DNA of 64,000 bases from Lama glama (taxonomy: Eukaryota), in assembly GCA_028534125.1 (NCBI GenBank), contig CM052817.1, positions 15,874,001 to 15,938,000 on the forward strand, read 5' to 3'. The position numbers and the translations under genes are program-made. Of the stretch, positions 13,371 through 27,005 are shown in pieces; positions within the stretch are counted from its first letter, which is position 1, and each line of letters opens with the position of its first letter. The notes beneath the pieces are model-generated. The model worked only from the letters and a program-made list of their open reading frames with translations, did no database searches and was not told the origin of the DNA.

Positions 13371-15199
13371 AATGTTAACAAGGAAACTCACTAAGGAAAT
13401 CCTCAGAGCATGGCTGTTTTCCAACACCTCCTAAGGGTTTGAGATCCCAGGGTACCCCACTGAGCGTGGTTAGCACCCAGGACATTTTTTCAGATGATGT
13501 CATCGGAATTTGGATCCAAACCCTCTGTTTTATTTAAGTCCCCAAATAAGGTTTGAAATTTCTTTTCAGAGGACCATAAAGATCATTTACACTGCTTCCC
13601 GTGGCTGCAAGCAGGACCAAATCCCTCTCGGCCACACGAGTGGCTGTGAATTTGCTGTTTGGCGTGGCAGCCCTCAGGCACCTGGCATCCATTGTGCCAG
13701 TCTATGCACACTCAGGGCAGCATATAAATAATAAATCATAGCATTTCTTATGTTTGCTCTGCACCATCCTAGACGCCAATCATATGGTGGGGAGGAACGC
13801 CTTCTCACTGTTGACATTTAGGTGCGGCGCTGGAAAGCACTGTTTCTCCAGCTCGGCCTTCATTGTGGTTCTTTAATATCTTAAAGATCACCCTTAGCAA
13901 TGACATCGACAAAGGCATAGAATTTTATCAGTACAAGCTGTAAGAAAAGAGTTCTGAAATATGAACAACCATCATCATTGATTTTTTTTTAAGCCTAAAG
14001 AGCATATACCACTCAAGCTATGGAGACAAAAATAAATTGCTACAGAGGGGTCATCCAAAAGAGGACCGGGGGACTCTTCCAGGTCCAATGGACTTTTTGA
14101 TTTCTTTCCCCCCTCCCTTCCCTACCCAGATTCTCCAGGGAACAAACTCATGTGGGAAAGTGATTCGGGCAAGAAGGGGTTAATACGAGCTGCCCAGTGC
14201 CCTCCATGATGCCTTAAATAATTGTCACATGGCCCCGATAATCTGTCCCATGCTGTCAGCACCGGGTTAGTCATAATAATATCAGATAAGAGCTGTTCAA
14301 AGTGACACACTAACCAACATGAGAGCCACATGACTTTCTGGCTTGGCTCCTGCCCTTCAGCTGAACTTTGGCTTAGAACGAAAGGCTCCCAGAGGCCGCC
14401 CCGCACATGCCGCCGCCCCGAGTGTCCGGTGGCATTTTCCGTTGCTAGGGCCTCTGTTGCTTCACAGCCCGGTGGGGGCAGCTGGGGCTCGGTGACAGGG
14501 AGGCACTGGCTCACCCCACCTCTGCTGGGGCGGCCGCTGCTGCCTTTCCCGGCCTGTGCTGGGACTCCCTGTCCCTGCCACACTTGATTAGTTTTGCAAA
14601 TGCGTGTGTCGCACGTTGCGCCAAGTGCCCCAGCGGGGCAACTCGGACCCCCAAAGGGAGTCTGTGCTGGAAGGGGCAGAGGAGGAATGTGATTCCTGGC
14701 TAAGAGGACGCAAAGGCAAGGGCAGGAAGGAGGGGGGAGAAAAGAAGGAACGTGGTCACCTCTGGGTGGAAGGTTACTGTGGACTGGCTCTGGTTTCTCT
14801 GTGCTTTTCTGCTGCCCTCCCCCCTCTTTTTTTTTTCCTCTAGCATGTTTTAGATTTTTAATTTGAAAAGTTGTCATTTCTTTTTTTTTTTCTTTTCCCA
14901 AGGAAGATAAAGGAAGCAAAGAATAGTGGAAAAGAGGAAGAAAGGAAGGTGACACATTCACTCCCTGATTCATTCACAAAGAGACAGCAGAAAGGAAGGG
15001 AGAGGGGAGGCCACCTGACATCGGACTTGAGAATAGTTATTGGCTGTGTGCCTCTGGCATATGAACCTCTCTCTAAGCTATACTGTCCACAGCAGTAAAA
15101 TGGAATAATAATGCCTAATATACAATATTTCTGCTGTGAGGGTAAAAAGAGGTGATATGTGCTAAGTGGCTGACATGTGGAGGGCGCTAGATGAATAGG

Positions 15200-15410
15200 A
15201 GCCACTGGAAAGTCATCAGAAATACCCAGTCCACATTCCAGCTCCACCACTTAATCACGTGTGACCTCAGTCAAATTATTTCAACTCGAGGAGCTTCAGT
15301 CTTCTCATCTATAAAATGGGGATAATAACACCCAACTGTCAGGGTTGTTCACAGGAATTATGGGGGTCATGTTCAATGCTCAGCCAGGCATGTAGTAGGT
15401 ATTCAGCAGA
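15200..15410 (+). mobile_element. MIR SINE (a second fragment lies at ~15040-15195)
   Basis: gtgtgacctcagtcaaattatttcaactc...cttcagtcttctcatctataaaatggggataataac. Confidence 0.85.
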
Positions 15411-15719
15411 TTGGAATGGTGGTAGTGGTGGTGGTGGTGGTGATAGGTAAGCAGGTAGAAAGAAAGCAAATCCATCCATTCATTCAGCAAATGGAAATCA
15501 CAAGAAGTACAAGTAAAAGAAAAATTATACAAAAGTATAGGGACTGCATAACTCAAAATCAAAGGTGAGGGTCAATAAAGATGGAAAGGCTTCTAAAAAG
15601 ACGCAAATCCATGAGAAGACAGAGAACATCAGAGAATGTTCTGAGTAGCACTAATCATACTTTCTTTAGTTGAAAATTACCTCGCCCACCCTCCTTCTGC
15701 CTTCAGGGAAGTCATATGT

Positions 15720-15840
15720 TATTCTTCCCATTTTACAGATTGAAGCTCAGAGATATGTAATGACTTTTCCAGGATCACACAGATAGTAAGTAGCATAAGG
15801 GGGCCTAACCTGGAGCAAGTGACCTGACTGTGCTCTTTTA
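15720..15840 (-). mobile_element. MIR fragment
   Basis: cccattttacagattgaagctcagagatatgtaatgacttttccaggatcacacagatagtaagt. Confidence 0.8.
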
Positions 15841-16559
15841 GGGAAGACAACTGGGTAAAAAAAAGCATAACAAACATCCCATGTAATTAAAGAAACATGA
15901 GCAACTAAATGAAAGGCAATAAATGGCAGTGGACAAAAATTCCTATTTACAGCAGGGAAAATGGAACAGAAAATATTTTTTTTTAAATAAATACAAATAG
16001 TATTTTGACAAAGTGACCATTTTAACAATGAGAAATAAAAATTGTATTTAGTAGAAAGACATCTATTGGAGATAAATCAAGGAAGCTAGAATTTCATGGA
16101 GAAATCTATGTAGGAAGGATTCCTATGTGAAAGGGGAAAGCTAGACTTCACCTGCTAATGTGCCACATCTGACTACTCAGAGGCTCCATATGCTAAGATC
16201 TCCCTGACAAAGGCTATATAGTAACTTGCTCTTCAGAAGGGAAAGCGACCAGCGTGTGAGGTCTAGGAATCCAAGTCTTGCTGGTTCTAGGCTAACATTA
16301 GGTGCTTCCATAAGAGAGAACACTTGTGTGGGCACACTCTTCCCTACCAGTGGTGGCTCTAAGGGAATAAAATCAGAAAACCCCAAAGCTAAGGTGAAGC
16401 TCAGCAGGAAGAAAAGGAGCCATTACCTGGAGTTTCTTCCCAATTATTCTGATGCCAAAATGGCTGAGAGCTCTGGGAGTATTTTTTAAGTGGGGGCCAT
16501 TCCCTTTCCGGAAGCCAGGGGGTGCACTAGAGCAGAAAACAATCAGATGAGGAAGTCAG

Positions 16560-16725
16560 CCTCTTGCTTTTGCCACTCAAGAGCCACGTGGACTTGGGCC
16601 TGTCCCTGCAGCTCCCTACCTCCATCTTTCTTTCCCCAGAGGTGAGAAGGAAGTTTTCAGGGTTGTTTCAAGGATTAAATGAGATAGTATAGATGCGCCT
16701 GGCACATTGTAAGTTATCAACACTG
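16560..16725 (+). mobile_element. MIR fragment
   Basis: gggttgtttcaaggattaaatgagatagtatagatgcgcctggcacattgtaag. Confidence 0.7.
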
Positions 16726-18648
16726 TAATTTTCCCTCTGTTTCCAGGAGCATGTGTTTGCAGCTTCCCCGTCACACAAAAGTGCCGTAGGGTGGGCTGGC
16801 TCTCACCGGCCCATCCCACACTGGTTGGTGGCTTATGACGCTTAAGCAAGAGAAATTAATATGAAAATGGATGACAGAGCGTGGGCAGAAAGGGAAGAAA
16901 CATGATTCAGTATTAAGGAGAACAGCCTCCTGGCCGGCACACTCTGAGGCAGAAAGCATTTTATTACAGCTCCCTGGCTGCAGTTCACGAGTACTAGTCT
17001 TGCCTACACCATGTGTGTAAATCATCCCTGCCCACTCCATAATAAGCATGAGGACTGACTTGCATAGGCCTTTACTGAGAAGGCATTTTCATAGCCATTA
17101 CTTAATCATTCATGTGACACTGGGTGCCAGCAGCTTGTGACCACTCATCCACCAGTGGTGGGCAAAGCAAGTCTTTCTTTAGTCATGTCGAGAGATGAGC
17201 ACCAACTGTATTTGGGGAAGATGTGATGTGCCCTGTGTGGTCTGACAAAGACGCCCCCCAACATCCCTAGCCACGTAGACCCCTCCTCTGGAGAGAGGTG
17301 AACAAATTGTCACGGAGATAAAGCAACTCCTGGAAAAAGAAATGGGAAGGTCTCCCTTAATGTTCAGTGTTATTGGACTCTCGCTATTAGAATGATGCAA
17401 TCTCAATTAAGTTCCCAGAGACAACCCATATGAAGGGGAAGGAGCCTAGCTGGGTGACACTGGAAAGGGTGGATTGGGTTGAGACTGGACATCCACCCAG
17501 AGCCTGCTCCCCTGTCCTGGTGTGATGCTATGAGGATCACCAACTCAGCACACGAGTGTGGTGAGAGAATGGGGCAAGCTGGAGCCCAAGCCAGGGGACA
17601 CCACTGGGGCTGCATGGAGCTCTGCAGCAACAAAGGCCCCTGCAGAGCAAAGGACTGGCCTCCGCTGTGCCATGCAGGGTCATCATCTAACAGTGACACT
17701 GTGTGGCAGCAAGAGAAGTGGCAGGGCTAGCAGAAAGCATGGCGTCCACTTGTCCCGCTAGCCTGGTGTTTAAAAAAAAGGCTAGATCCTCTAGACTAAA
17801 TAAAACCTAGTTATCTGGAACAATTAGGGTTGGGATCTGTGGGATGGTGGGGAGGCTTCAGGAAGGCAGTTTCAATTTCCTGCAACACTGGCACCTGAGA
17901 CACTCTGTTGATAAATAACAACAAGAAACATAACTGTGTGGACCTTGCTGCTGAAGCCGCAACTACTGGTCGAGCAGCAACTCTGGGCGAGACACTATAA
18001 TACAGGCAGGAAAGTTATTATTAGTCCCAATTTATAGATGAAGAAACTGAGGCTTATTTAAGTTAGTGGCTTGCCAACAACCCCAGTTCCAGGAAATGAA
18101 TGAGCAGGTTCCTTTTCCAAAGGAAGTGATTCTAGGTAAACAAGAAACACTTTCTTTCCTTTGGGACAAAGGTGGAATCTCCCACCAGACATTGTGGAAT
18201 TGTCTCTGCATGTGAGGCTGCATCATTGTCACAAAGATTCCCTGTCTTTTCTGCTCCCCTACATGTACTTTGGCAGAAACCAAGCTCGAGGTTCTGCTCA
18301 CATGCTTGTGGTTTGGCTCCCAGCTACGGATCACATTCTCTGCTCTACAAGCAAAGCCAAGGATCCTTCTTGCAAAATACTACTGGTGTCCTGGTACCAC
18401 CTCCTGAAAGAACTGTCTACAATACCCACGTGCCCAGGAGGTGGGGTGGGCAGGATCAGGCACTGGCAACCAGAACATCCAGCAGGAAGAGATTATGCCT
18501 ACTCTTTCCCCCACTAAGTTTTCTGAGAGTCACAGATTCACAGATTTGACCATTGATCCATTGATAAATACAGCACACATTCAGGAAATCTCCCAGGTGA
18601 AATTAAAAAGAGAAACAACATTGGTAGTTTCCACTATATCAATTTTGG

Positions 18649-18653
<5 letters not shown>

Positions 18654-18683
<30 letters not shown>
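18654..18683. repeat. (TG)n microsatellite
   Basis: Directly visible. Confidence 0.97.
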
Positions 18684-18685
<2 letters not shown>

Positions 18686-18894
18686 TACACATTTTGGCAG
18701 AGAAAGAGCAGATAATCCTGCATCTCTGGCTCACAGGTACTCTTCCCAGCTTTATCATCGTAATGAAAATGTTAGTCGATAGCAAATTTTGTATCAGGGC
18801 CACTTATCACACAACTCAAAGGGATGCCATTTACATCGAAAACAATGTTGAATGATGCCCCCCAGAGGTGTGCAGTATGGCTGTTTCTACAGAA

Positions 18895-19130
18895 TACTTT
18901 CCTTATGCCAGGCACCAAAATGATTTACATGAGTATCTTATTGTAATATAATGACAAACCATATGGTAGGCGCTAGTACCTGTCTTACAGACAAGGAAAC
19001 AAATGGGTATTGAGAGTTTAAATGATTTGCCTATGAAAACACAGCTAGTAAATCTAGTTAAATTACAAAAGCAGGATTCAAACTCAAGACTGTCTGAGTC
19101 CAAAGCCCATGATGTTAACTGTTTCACTAC
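18895..19130 (-). mobile_element. MIR SINE
   Basis: tatgccaggcacc...ttacagacaaggaaac...gatttgcctatgaaaacacagctagtaaa...ggattcaaactcaagactgtctgagtccaaagccc. Confidence 0.85.
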
Positions 19131-19469
19131 CCTAGCTGATGCCATGACATAACAGCTAGACATGAACCTTTAAGAAAGAATTACAAAGCTGGTTAGTATA
19201 TAAATGTTAACCCTATATGTAAGCTGATCTTTAACTCTTTTTTCACAAAGGTGAAGGGGCAAATGGATTAAGCTTTCTTGCCTTCTTAACATGTAAGACC
19301 TTTTTAGAGCATCTGTTTAATTTAGTGAATATTAAGTATTGATATTACTGCATATTAATTCATGCCCACATCCAGAAAAAAATTAATTGATTTTATTTAA
19401 TTTAAAGTGATAAGGCAATATCAGCACAAAGCCTTTAGATACAACTGATCCATCAATAATTCAAGAGTT

Positions 19470-19650
19470 AATAACGAAAGCTAGTACACACTGAGTACCT
19501 ACTACATATTTGGTACAGTTCTAAGTCATTTCCATAGCATGTCTCATCTCCAAGACACCCTTATAATGTAAGTACTATAGTTAGCCCTACTTACACAAAT
19601 ATTTTAGGGAGCCAAGATCTGAACTGGGCAATCTGACTCTGGGGTCTACT
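19470..19650 (-). mobile_element. MIR fragment
   Basis: ctgagtacctactacatatttggtacagttctaag...gagccaagatctgaactgggcaatctgactct. Confidence 0.7.
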
Positions 19651-21071
19651 CTACTGACTCAAAGATCTGAAGGATAGAGATCTTAAGACATGGAAAGCAG
19701 CAAAAGGAGACAACAGGGGTAATCATATAGAAACAAGAAAGAAACAGGATCCCAGAACAGGATAAACAGCAGCTTTCGCATGCACTAGACATCAAAAGCA
19801 TAGACTTCTTGATAATGCCCAAGAATGAGGAGGCACTTTCGGTGCTAAGTCACTAAGACCAGACACCAAGGACAGCACCATAAAGCACAGTCATCACAGC
19901 AACAAACCACAAGTTTCATGATCCACAGCATGATGCAACTCTTTCAATCACATCTCAGTTTTACATAGAAGAGAGAGGAAGAGAGGGCAGGAGAAACCAT
20001 AAGACTGTAATATCCCCAATGTAGCTTCCACTGATTTATCCTACTTTTGCTTGCCTCTATGGTGACATTCATCTTTCATCCATTGGGGTGGTCTTTATCT
20101 CGCCAACACAGGGAGCTCATGCAATGCATGCTGCTGTATTCAAAAGTGCTGTTGATCCCATCTGAACCAGGAAACTAAGTCAGAAAGTTCCACTGTCTTC
20201 TGCCCAAAGTTAAAACTTGGCACTAAGCCAGAGGTAAAATCATGGGTTATACCTGACTCCCAATTTCCAGCCCACAGCTTCCCTGTTCTTTTCACTGGAG
20301 AAAAATATAGTTAACCCAAATGTAAATTCTACTGACTCCCTTCAACATATTTTTTTCTACTAAAATAAGCTAAATTCCAATAGTTTCAACTTCTTCCAGA
20401 AAGTTGAGACGGTATTGCCAACTGTCCAACAGTGGAGCATACCCTTACTCATTGGATGCTCATTATCCCATTACCCTGCAAGCCTGAACTGGCTAGTAGA
20501 TCTCTACCAGAGACAGAAATGATCTCGCTGTCTCTCTCTCCCCAGGAGGAAGAACAGAGCTGTTTGTGGTAGTATTTTCTGCCCCATCATCACAGTCCAC
20601 TCAATTATACAACTCATCATTTAGGATCAGTCCCTTTTCACAGTGTCCCAAAGGGCTGTGCCTTGACAAACATCCCATTCATCTCAATAGAACTTAGAAA
20701 AGTCAGAATAATACACATAAGCACAACTGAGCTTGATGGTAGGTCCAAAAGAAACTGTCTAATGCTGTGGCCCGTGGGAGGTTTGGAATGGTCACCACAT
20801 ATCCCATGAGACTGAGGTTATGAAAATAAGGAAAGTGGAAGAGTTGCACAGAGACAGGAAAATCACCAAAAAAAAAAAAAAGGCTAAATACAGTTTCTGG
20901 TTCTTGCCAAGGGTTTCATTTCAGCACCTCTAGTATCCTGAGTAAGAACTGTTACAGAGAAAGTCTCAGGCACCATGAAAAGTCCCTCTTTGGAAGGTAG
21001 AGTCACCAAGTGACACTTCTTCACTTAAAAAGAAAAATACACATCTTTTCCTGGTCCAGGCACTCTCCAGG

Positions 21072-21360
21072 TCATTCATTTATTCATTCTTTCATTAAAT
21101 CATTGTGCACTTAGTACTTGTCGTATGTTATGCTAGGTAGTCACTGGAGGATACAATGACAAATAAGACATGCCTTCGAGGAGCTTGCAGTAGAGTCAGA
21201 AAAACAGACTCTAAAAAACTGATAAAGATGCAGGATGCTAAGGGAGCAGAGAGATGACTAATACTAAAAATGACAAGGAAGGCGTCCTTGAAGATATGAT
21301 GTAAAGCATCATGAACAATGAAGACGAGTGCAACGAACTCAGAGAAAGACACTCAGGGAG
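21072..21360 (-). mobile_element. L2 3' fragment
   Basis: tcattcatttattcattc...ggaggatacaatgacaaataagacatgccttcgaggagcttgcag. Confidence 0.7.
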
Positions 21361-22839
21361 TGGTAATATCATGACCCCTTTCATTAGGTAGGGATCACTA
21401 GGGGGGAAAAAAAGAGGTTTGAGGATGGAGGTTAAAAGCAAAAACCAGAGAAGTGATGAGAGACAATGTGAGGGAACTGAACCTTCCTCCCAGCCCTCTA
21501 GGACATCACTTCCATGCAGAAGAAGTCAGAGCTGCGAGGAGACAGTGTGTCTGCTGCCCAGCAAAGGTCGGCCTTTGGCAGTGAGAAGGCATCCTGTGGT
21601 TGCCCCGGCGGGTGCCCCCTTGGAGTCGGGGAGAAGCCTCCACAGCTGCTCTTGCTCAGAGGCTCATCAAGGCTATTTTGGGCTGGATGGGGTCCATGGT
21701 GATGATTGCCTGGCCAGGGCAGCTTACCCAGTGTTACTTTTCAGCATCTCTGTTTTCCTTGCCATTTAGCTCTGTACCATACAATTACTCAGATAAGGAA
21801 AAAAAAAATCAAAAAGGAAGAAGAACATGACTGCATCTTATTTTTAGTCCTCAAATCAATGGTGGCAATGTCCTCTGCATTTCAATAGAAATTTTGCATC
21901 TCAAAATCCTCCAAAATAAAGCATAGTAAACATATTAAAATCCATAATGACATTTTTTCTGTGCTGTTTCAAAATACATTTGTTTGTTTTGAAATACCAA
22001 AACGGCTCAGCCCAAATTAAAGACTAATTCATTGACAGATGGGCAAAAATAATGTATAAAGGCAATAAGTATCCTCAGAAATGTGTGCCTCACCTGACTG
22101 CTCTCTAGGTCAAAGAATAACTTAAAAATAACAACTTTTTAAAAAAAAATTTCAATACAATCTCCTTCTAAAAAATCCAAACCACATTTCAAAGATGATC
22201 TTGGTCACAGGATTCTACTGTTGTTGGGACTCCCAGAGATTTTTCTATTTTTGCCCTATGTGTGAAAATTCTCTGGGAAATGAATTTCTAGCCCATTTGA
22301 ATATGAGAGAAGGAAAGGACTAGCAGGTAACTCACTAATAAATGCCACAAGCCCAGAAGTTAGCGACAGCCTCGCTTCAACACTAATGATGTCTACTATT
22401 TAACCAATTAAGTGCAGACACTAATGCTGAGAACCTTACATGCAACATAATTTAACTCTCACAATTACTCTAGAGAAGTTGATAAGACCCTAGTTTTACC
22501 TATGAGAACACTGAGGCTAAAGGAAACATAACTTGTAAGGGAGGAACATAATAAGAACCTTCAGAGTCTGATCTTTAAAAAAAAAATCATGCTACCTCTT
22601 AACAAGGAAAAAAATCACTCTCATTAATTTAAGCTATCTCTTCTCATCTTCCTCATTTGGAAGTGGTCAGAATCTGCAATGAATATCTTTATGGATTTGA
22701 AAATATATCTTAATTCTTTTGCATGCCTAAAATCTTCCCTAGAACTCCAAGTTCTCAGGCATCCCCTTATTGGTCTCAGTTTCTAAAATGTAATTAGTGA
22801 TACAGCGATTTACCAGAACCTGTAAAAATGGTCTCTCTT

Positions 22840-23130
22840 CATTCAGTAATTAATTTACAAAACATGTATCAAGTGCCTCTTTGTGCCATGCACTCCTCTG
22901 TTTATCCACAGAGATGAAAGTATACTATTCCTGCCTTGAGGAACTGAAGAGACGTGTAATAAATGTTGCAGCAATGTAACAAATTCCATCTAATAACAGG
23001 GAACTATGGAAGGGACTACACGGAACATGATAGAGAAAGTGCCAACTCTTCCATTAGCTTTGGGGAAACTTCCAGAAGGAGGTGACATTTCATTTAAGTC
23101 TAAAAGCAGAGGTGAAATTTCTCAGATGAT
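22840..23130 (-). mobile_element. L2 3' fragment
   Basis: caaaacatgtatcaagtgcctctttgtgccatgcac...ttcctgccttgaggaact...aaacttccagaaggaggtgacattt. Confidence 0.65.
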
Positions 23131-25849
23131 TTCAATAGGCAATTGTCAAAGGAGGGAGGACAGGTTGAAGCACATTGTAGATTTCCATCTGAGAACATGC
23201 TTTGGTTCCCACTGTCATGTGAATAACAAATAAACAAAAGAGAAACATCTAATTTTCACTGACTCTACCTACTCATGATAATACCAAACGAACAGTAACT
23301 GTATGGGAGCAGCATATGCAGTAACAGTAGCCTGAAACCAGATGACAGCAGAATTAATCCATGAGATGTTTTCATCTCATTAGTTCAAGCGCGTGTGTGT
23401 GTGCTGTTATTACTATTTTTGCTTTGTTTTTATTTCGTAATTAATTCGTGGAATTGTTTTGTGGGCGTTCTGACAAATTAGACACGGACCTCACAAAGAG
23501 CCACCCTGTAAGATCTAATTCTGATTTACCAGGATTTTTCTTGGCTGCTTGCTACTTAAAGCCCCAGCATAAGATTATTCCCCTCCAGACTCTAGAACAC
23601 AACTTAGCTCAGTATGACAGAGATGAACTTTAAAGCCTAGACGTCAAGTACTGTCCCCAAACCGTAGGCTAAAATGTAGAATGACTTAGGAAACTAATGT
23701 TCGTTAAACAAAGACTTTGACAGACATAGAAATCTGAATCACTGAAAATAATTTTTAATGCCTTATGTCTAAAATGGATTTACCAATCCATACAGCTTTG
23801 TTAGAGAGAAAGTAAAAAATCTAACTTATAGATTACAATTAGATAGCCATCAGACTGGATCAGATGGGCCACTGATATAAATAAAGAATTTCCGGGTTAC
23901 CTTCTAAAATGGAAATAATGACCCACCTTTAACCTGGTCCCTGAAGAGATTCCTGAACTCCACAGACAGAATATATATTCCATTTCACACATACCCATTT
24001 TAGAAAGGAGAATGGCTCTCATGACGGATTCCCATGTCAGAGGGCACCTAGTGCTGCTTTTTAGAGCAGGAATTCTGATGCAAGGCTTTTCTAGCTTTAT
24101 GGGGGCCATGTACAGTCTTAGGGCACAGTGTTACCACTAAGTGGGCTTCATAGCCATCGATCCTTCCAGGTATGATTTCCCTGGACACATGTTGGGCATC
24201 GTCACTAAAAAAAAATCCTTGCATGAACCCAAGCCACAACTCTGACCACCGCTACTATTACATTATAAAGAATGACTATAATATCATTCCTCTTCCTGTT
24301 TACCTGTACTCCTAAGAATGATTTTAATTGGATCTGGAGACTAAAACACTGCCATTGTTTCAGAGAATGGACAGAGCTCTTTGTCCTCTGTACTTTAAGC
24401 TGGGCAAAGCTTTTAGCTCTAAAATCAACAATCCAAGAATACGATGTAATATGAGCAGATAGAGGCTTTTCTACTGCAGAAGACAATGTATTGCCAAAAA
24501 GCAAAAGCAAAGAAGAAGGGGGGAGGGGGAGGAAGAGGAAAAGCAGGAAGAAGAGGAGGGGAACTTCATGCATTTCTGACCTTAACAAAATTATTTTCAA
24601 ATTTCACCTCTTGCCATATTGATCCAAGTGTGTTCTAAAACAGTACCATCAACAGCGCAGCTCTCCTTGGGGTACACAAGGAGCTGGTGAGTACTGATGG
24701 AAATAAGTAATTGAATTCACTGAAGAACAGCTGAAAATGTCCCTCTGAGAAGGGAACTGGTATCCATATTTAAATTTTGATTGTATCTAAATGATTCCCA
24801 GTTTCTTACTCATTCTGCACAGTCAGATTTCACAGAACCAGTGGATTTTGCTGTTAATAATCGCAGAGTTTTTATCTGTTTTCCTCCGGTCTCCGATCTA
24901 AATATAGCACATTAAGATCATCCCAAATAAGAATAGGGTTTAGGACAAAAATCTCAGTCCTTTGAAACACCCACATTACTGTTATTTATTTAAAATTCAT
25001 TTCCACACTTATGGAATCTGTGCGGCTCTGTTTCACCAGATCCCACTTAATGCTCACACATTTAGTATTAGTAAATTGGTCCCTTTGGGAATCTGAACTT
25101 AGGCGCACGTAACGCTGCGTCTTGGAATTCATAATTCTTTCATAATCACCCTCCACTTGGCATCTGTGAACTCACAAAGGCAGGTTTCCTCAGTGAGGAT
25201 CTGTTCAGAGTCCAATATTTACATAAACAATTTCTGTTTGGAGTGTAGGCTCCTCCATGCACCAATAACTGCTCTATCTATGTAGGTCTCTAAATTTCAT
25301 GTTAAATAAATTTTAGCACTACAGAAATATTTCAAGCCATCTTCACCATTTTTTTCAGCATGAAAAGTCATACAGATAGTCTACAGAGGTATTCTGCGAA
25401 TTTTTAATGGAATAAATGTAAGTACAATTTGAATTGTAAGTATTATTTGAGTTGCAGGAATAATTTCAGCATTTTTATGTTACCTTTATCCCTAGATAAA
25501 AATATCTTTGGGAGTAGGAACTATTTACCTATCCAGAACATAGTCCAGCAAATACCCACTGAATTAACATTTTAGTCAACCTGAGTTTGTCCCCTTATAA
25601 AATAAGAAACGTGATTATGATTTTTTCAGGCAAAATAGAACACTGACTTTATGTCCTTCTTTTAATTGTGTACTCACTATATGCTTAAAATTTCTGCTTA
25701 TCAAATCATCAGTGAGTAAATGGAATTGTATGCAACCTTGCTGTGGTTGGGAAAGACAGCAGTCATCAGTGTAAACAGGTATTACCTTTCTATAAAATAA
25801 GTCACCACCATAAACGTAAAGTCTTTTAAAAATAATAGATACACATGAC

Positions 25850-25948
25850 TATATATGAAGTAGATAAACAACAAGGACCTGATATATAGGACAGAGAACT
25901 ATATTCAGTTTCTTGCAATGAGCTGTAATGGAAAAGAATCTAAAAAAA

Positions 25949-26005
<57 letters not shown>

Positions 26006-26125
26006 TACATATATATGTATGTATGTGTATAACTGAATCACTTTGTTGTACATCTGAAACTAATATGGTAAAGTGACTACACTTTAATAAAAAATAAGAA
26101 TAATAAAATAAAATAAAATAAAAAA
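25850..26125 (+). mobile_element. L1 3' end (cetartiodactyl type) with internal (TA)n and A-rich tail
   Basis: tagataaacaacaaggacctgatatataggacagagaactatattcag...gtataactgaatcactttgttgtacatctgaaactaa...aataaaaaataag. Confidence 0.9.
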
Positions 26126-26194
26126 CAAAAAGGCCTAATCTTTGACCCAAATTTATGTAGAAAAGTGTTTTTCTAAAGAAAATAATTTGAGGTT

Positions 26195-27005
26195 TCAAGG
26201 ATACTAGTGAAGGATATTCACGTGGCATTGCTTTAAAAGTTGATACAAATGGGAAAACCTCAATGTCTGTCAATAGGGGGTTGGAGAAGGCAGTTATGGA
26301 ACATTCACGCCCTGTAAAAATGCAACCGTGCTCTTGGCCCGAGAAAGTAGAACATGACTTCCTGTCCCTGAAGGGTGGGCTGTACATAGTGACTTGTGTC
26401 TAAAGAGCACAATCTGGAGTTCAGGGTAGGGAGTGACTTCACAGTGGAGAGACTGGACACACGGACCTTGGTCAGGATCAAGGTTAATATCACAGTTCAT
26501 GTCGATAGCATGTACTCTTAACATGAAGTGTTGAAGATGGCTCTTCACCTTCGTGGGCTACCCCCCAAAAAACCCATCACCCCAGTCTAAGCATGAGAGA
26601 GGCATCAGACAAATCCCAATTCAGGCACATTCAATAAAATTCCTGACTAGTACTCCTCAAAACTGTCAAGGTCGTCAAAAACAAGGAGAGTCTGAGAAAT
26701 CGTCACAGCCTACAGAAACCAAGGGACACAAGACAACTTTTAGGAATTTAGTAATGTGGGATCCTGGATGAGATCCCGGAACAGAAAAAGGGCATTATGG
26801 AAAAACTAGTCAAATCGGATTAAAGAATGGAATTTAATTAATAGCAATGTATCAGTATTGGTTCACTAGTTGTGACCAGCATGCTATAGTACTATGATAT
26901 TAAATTAGGTGAAACTGGTTACAAGGTATATGGGAATTCTCTGTACTGGCTTTACAATTTTCCCACAAATTTAGAACTATTCTAAATTAAAAAGATGATT
27001 TGAAA
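26195..27005 (+). mobile_element. Old L1 (L1MC/L1MD-like) 3' region
   Basis: catcagacaaatcccaatt...tactcctcaaaactgtcaaggtc...gatcctggatgagatcccggaacagaaaaagggcatta...ggtatatgggaattctctgtact. Confidence 0.85.

Noticed and set aside
14122..14973. Longest ORF (283 aa, minus strand)
   Set aside because: Runs through homopolymer tracts and a GC-rich patch, has no recognisable domain and no exon structure. Consistent with a chance ORF.
12711..15193. Exact 14-mer GAGGGCGCTAGATG at 12711 and 15180, partly CTCF-like
   Set aside because: Some 14-mer repeats are expected by chance in 64 kb. The second copy sits in a MIR tail, and both lack the 5' CC of the CTCF core.
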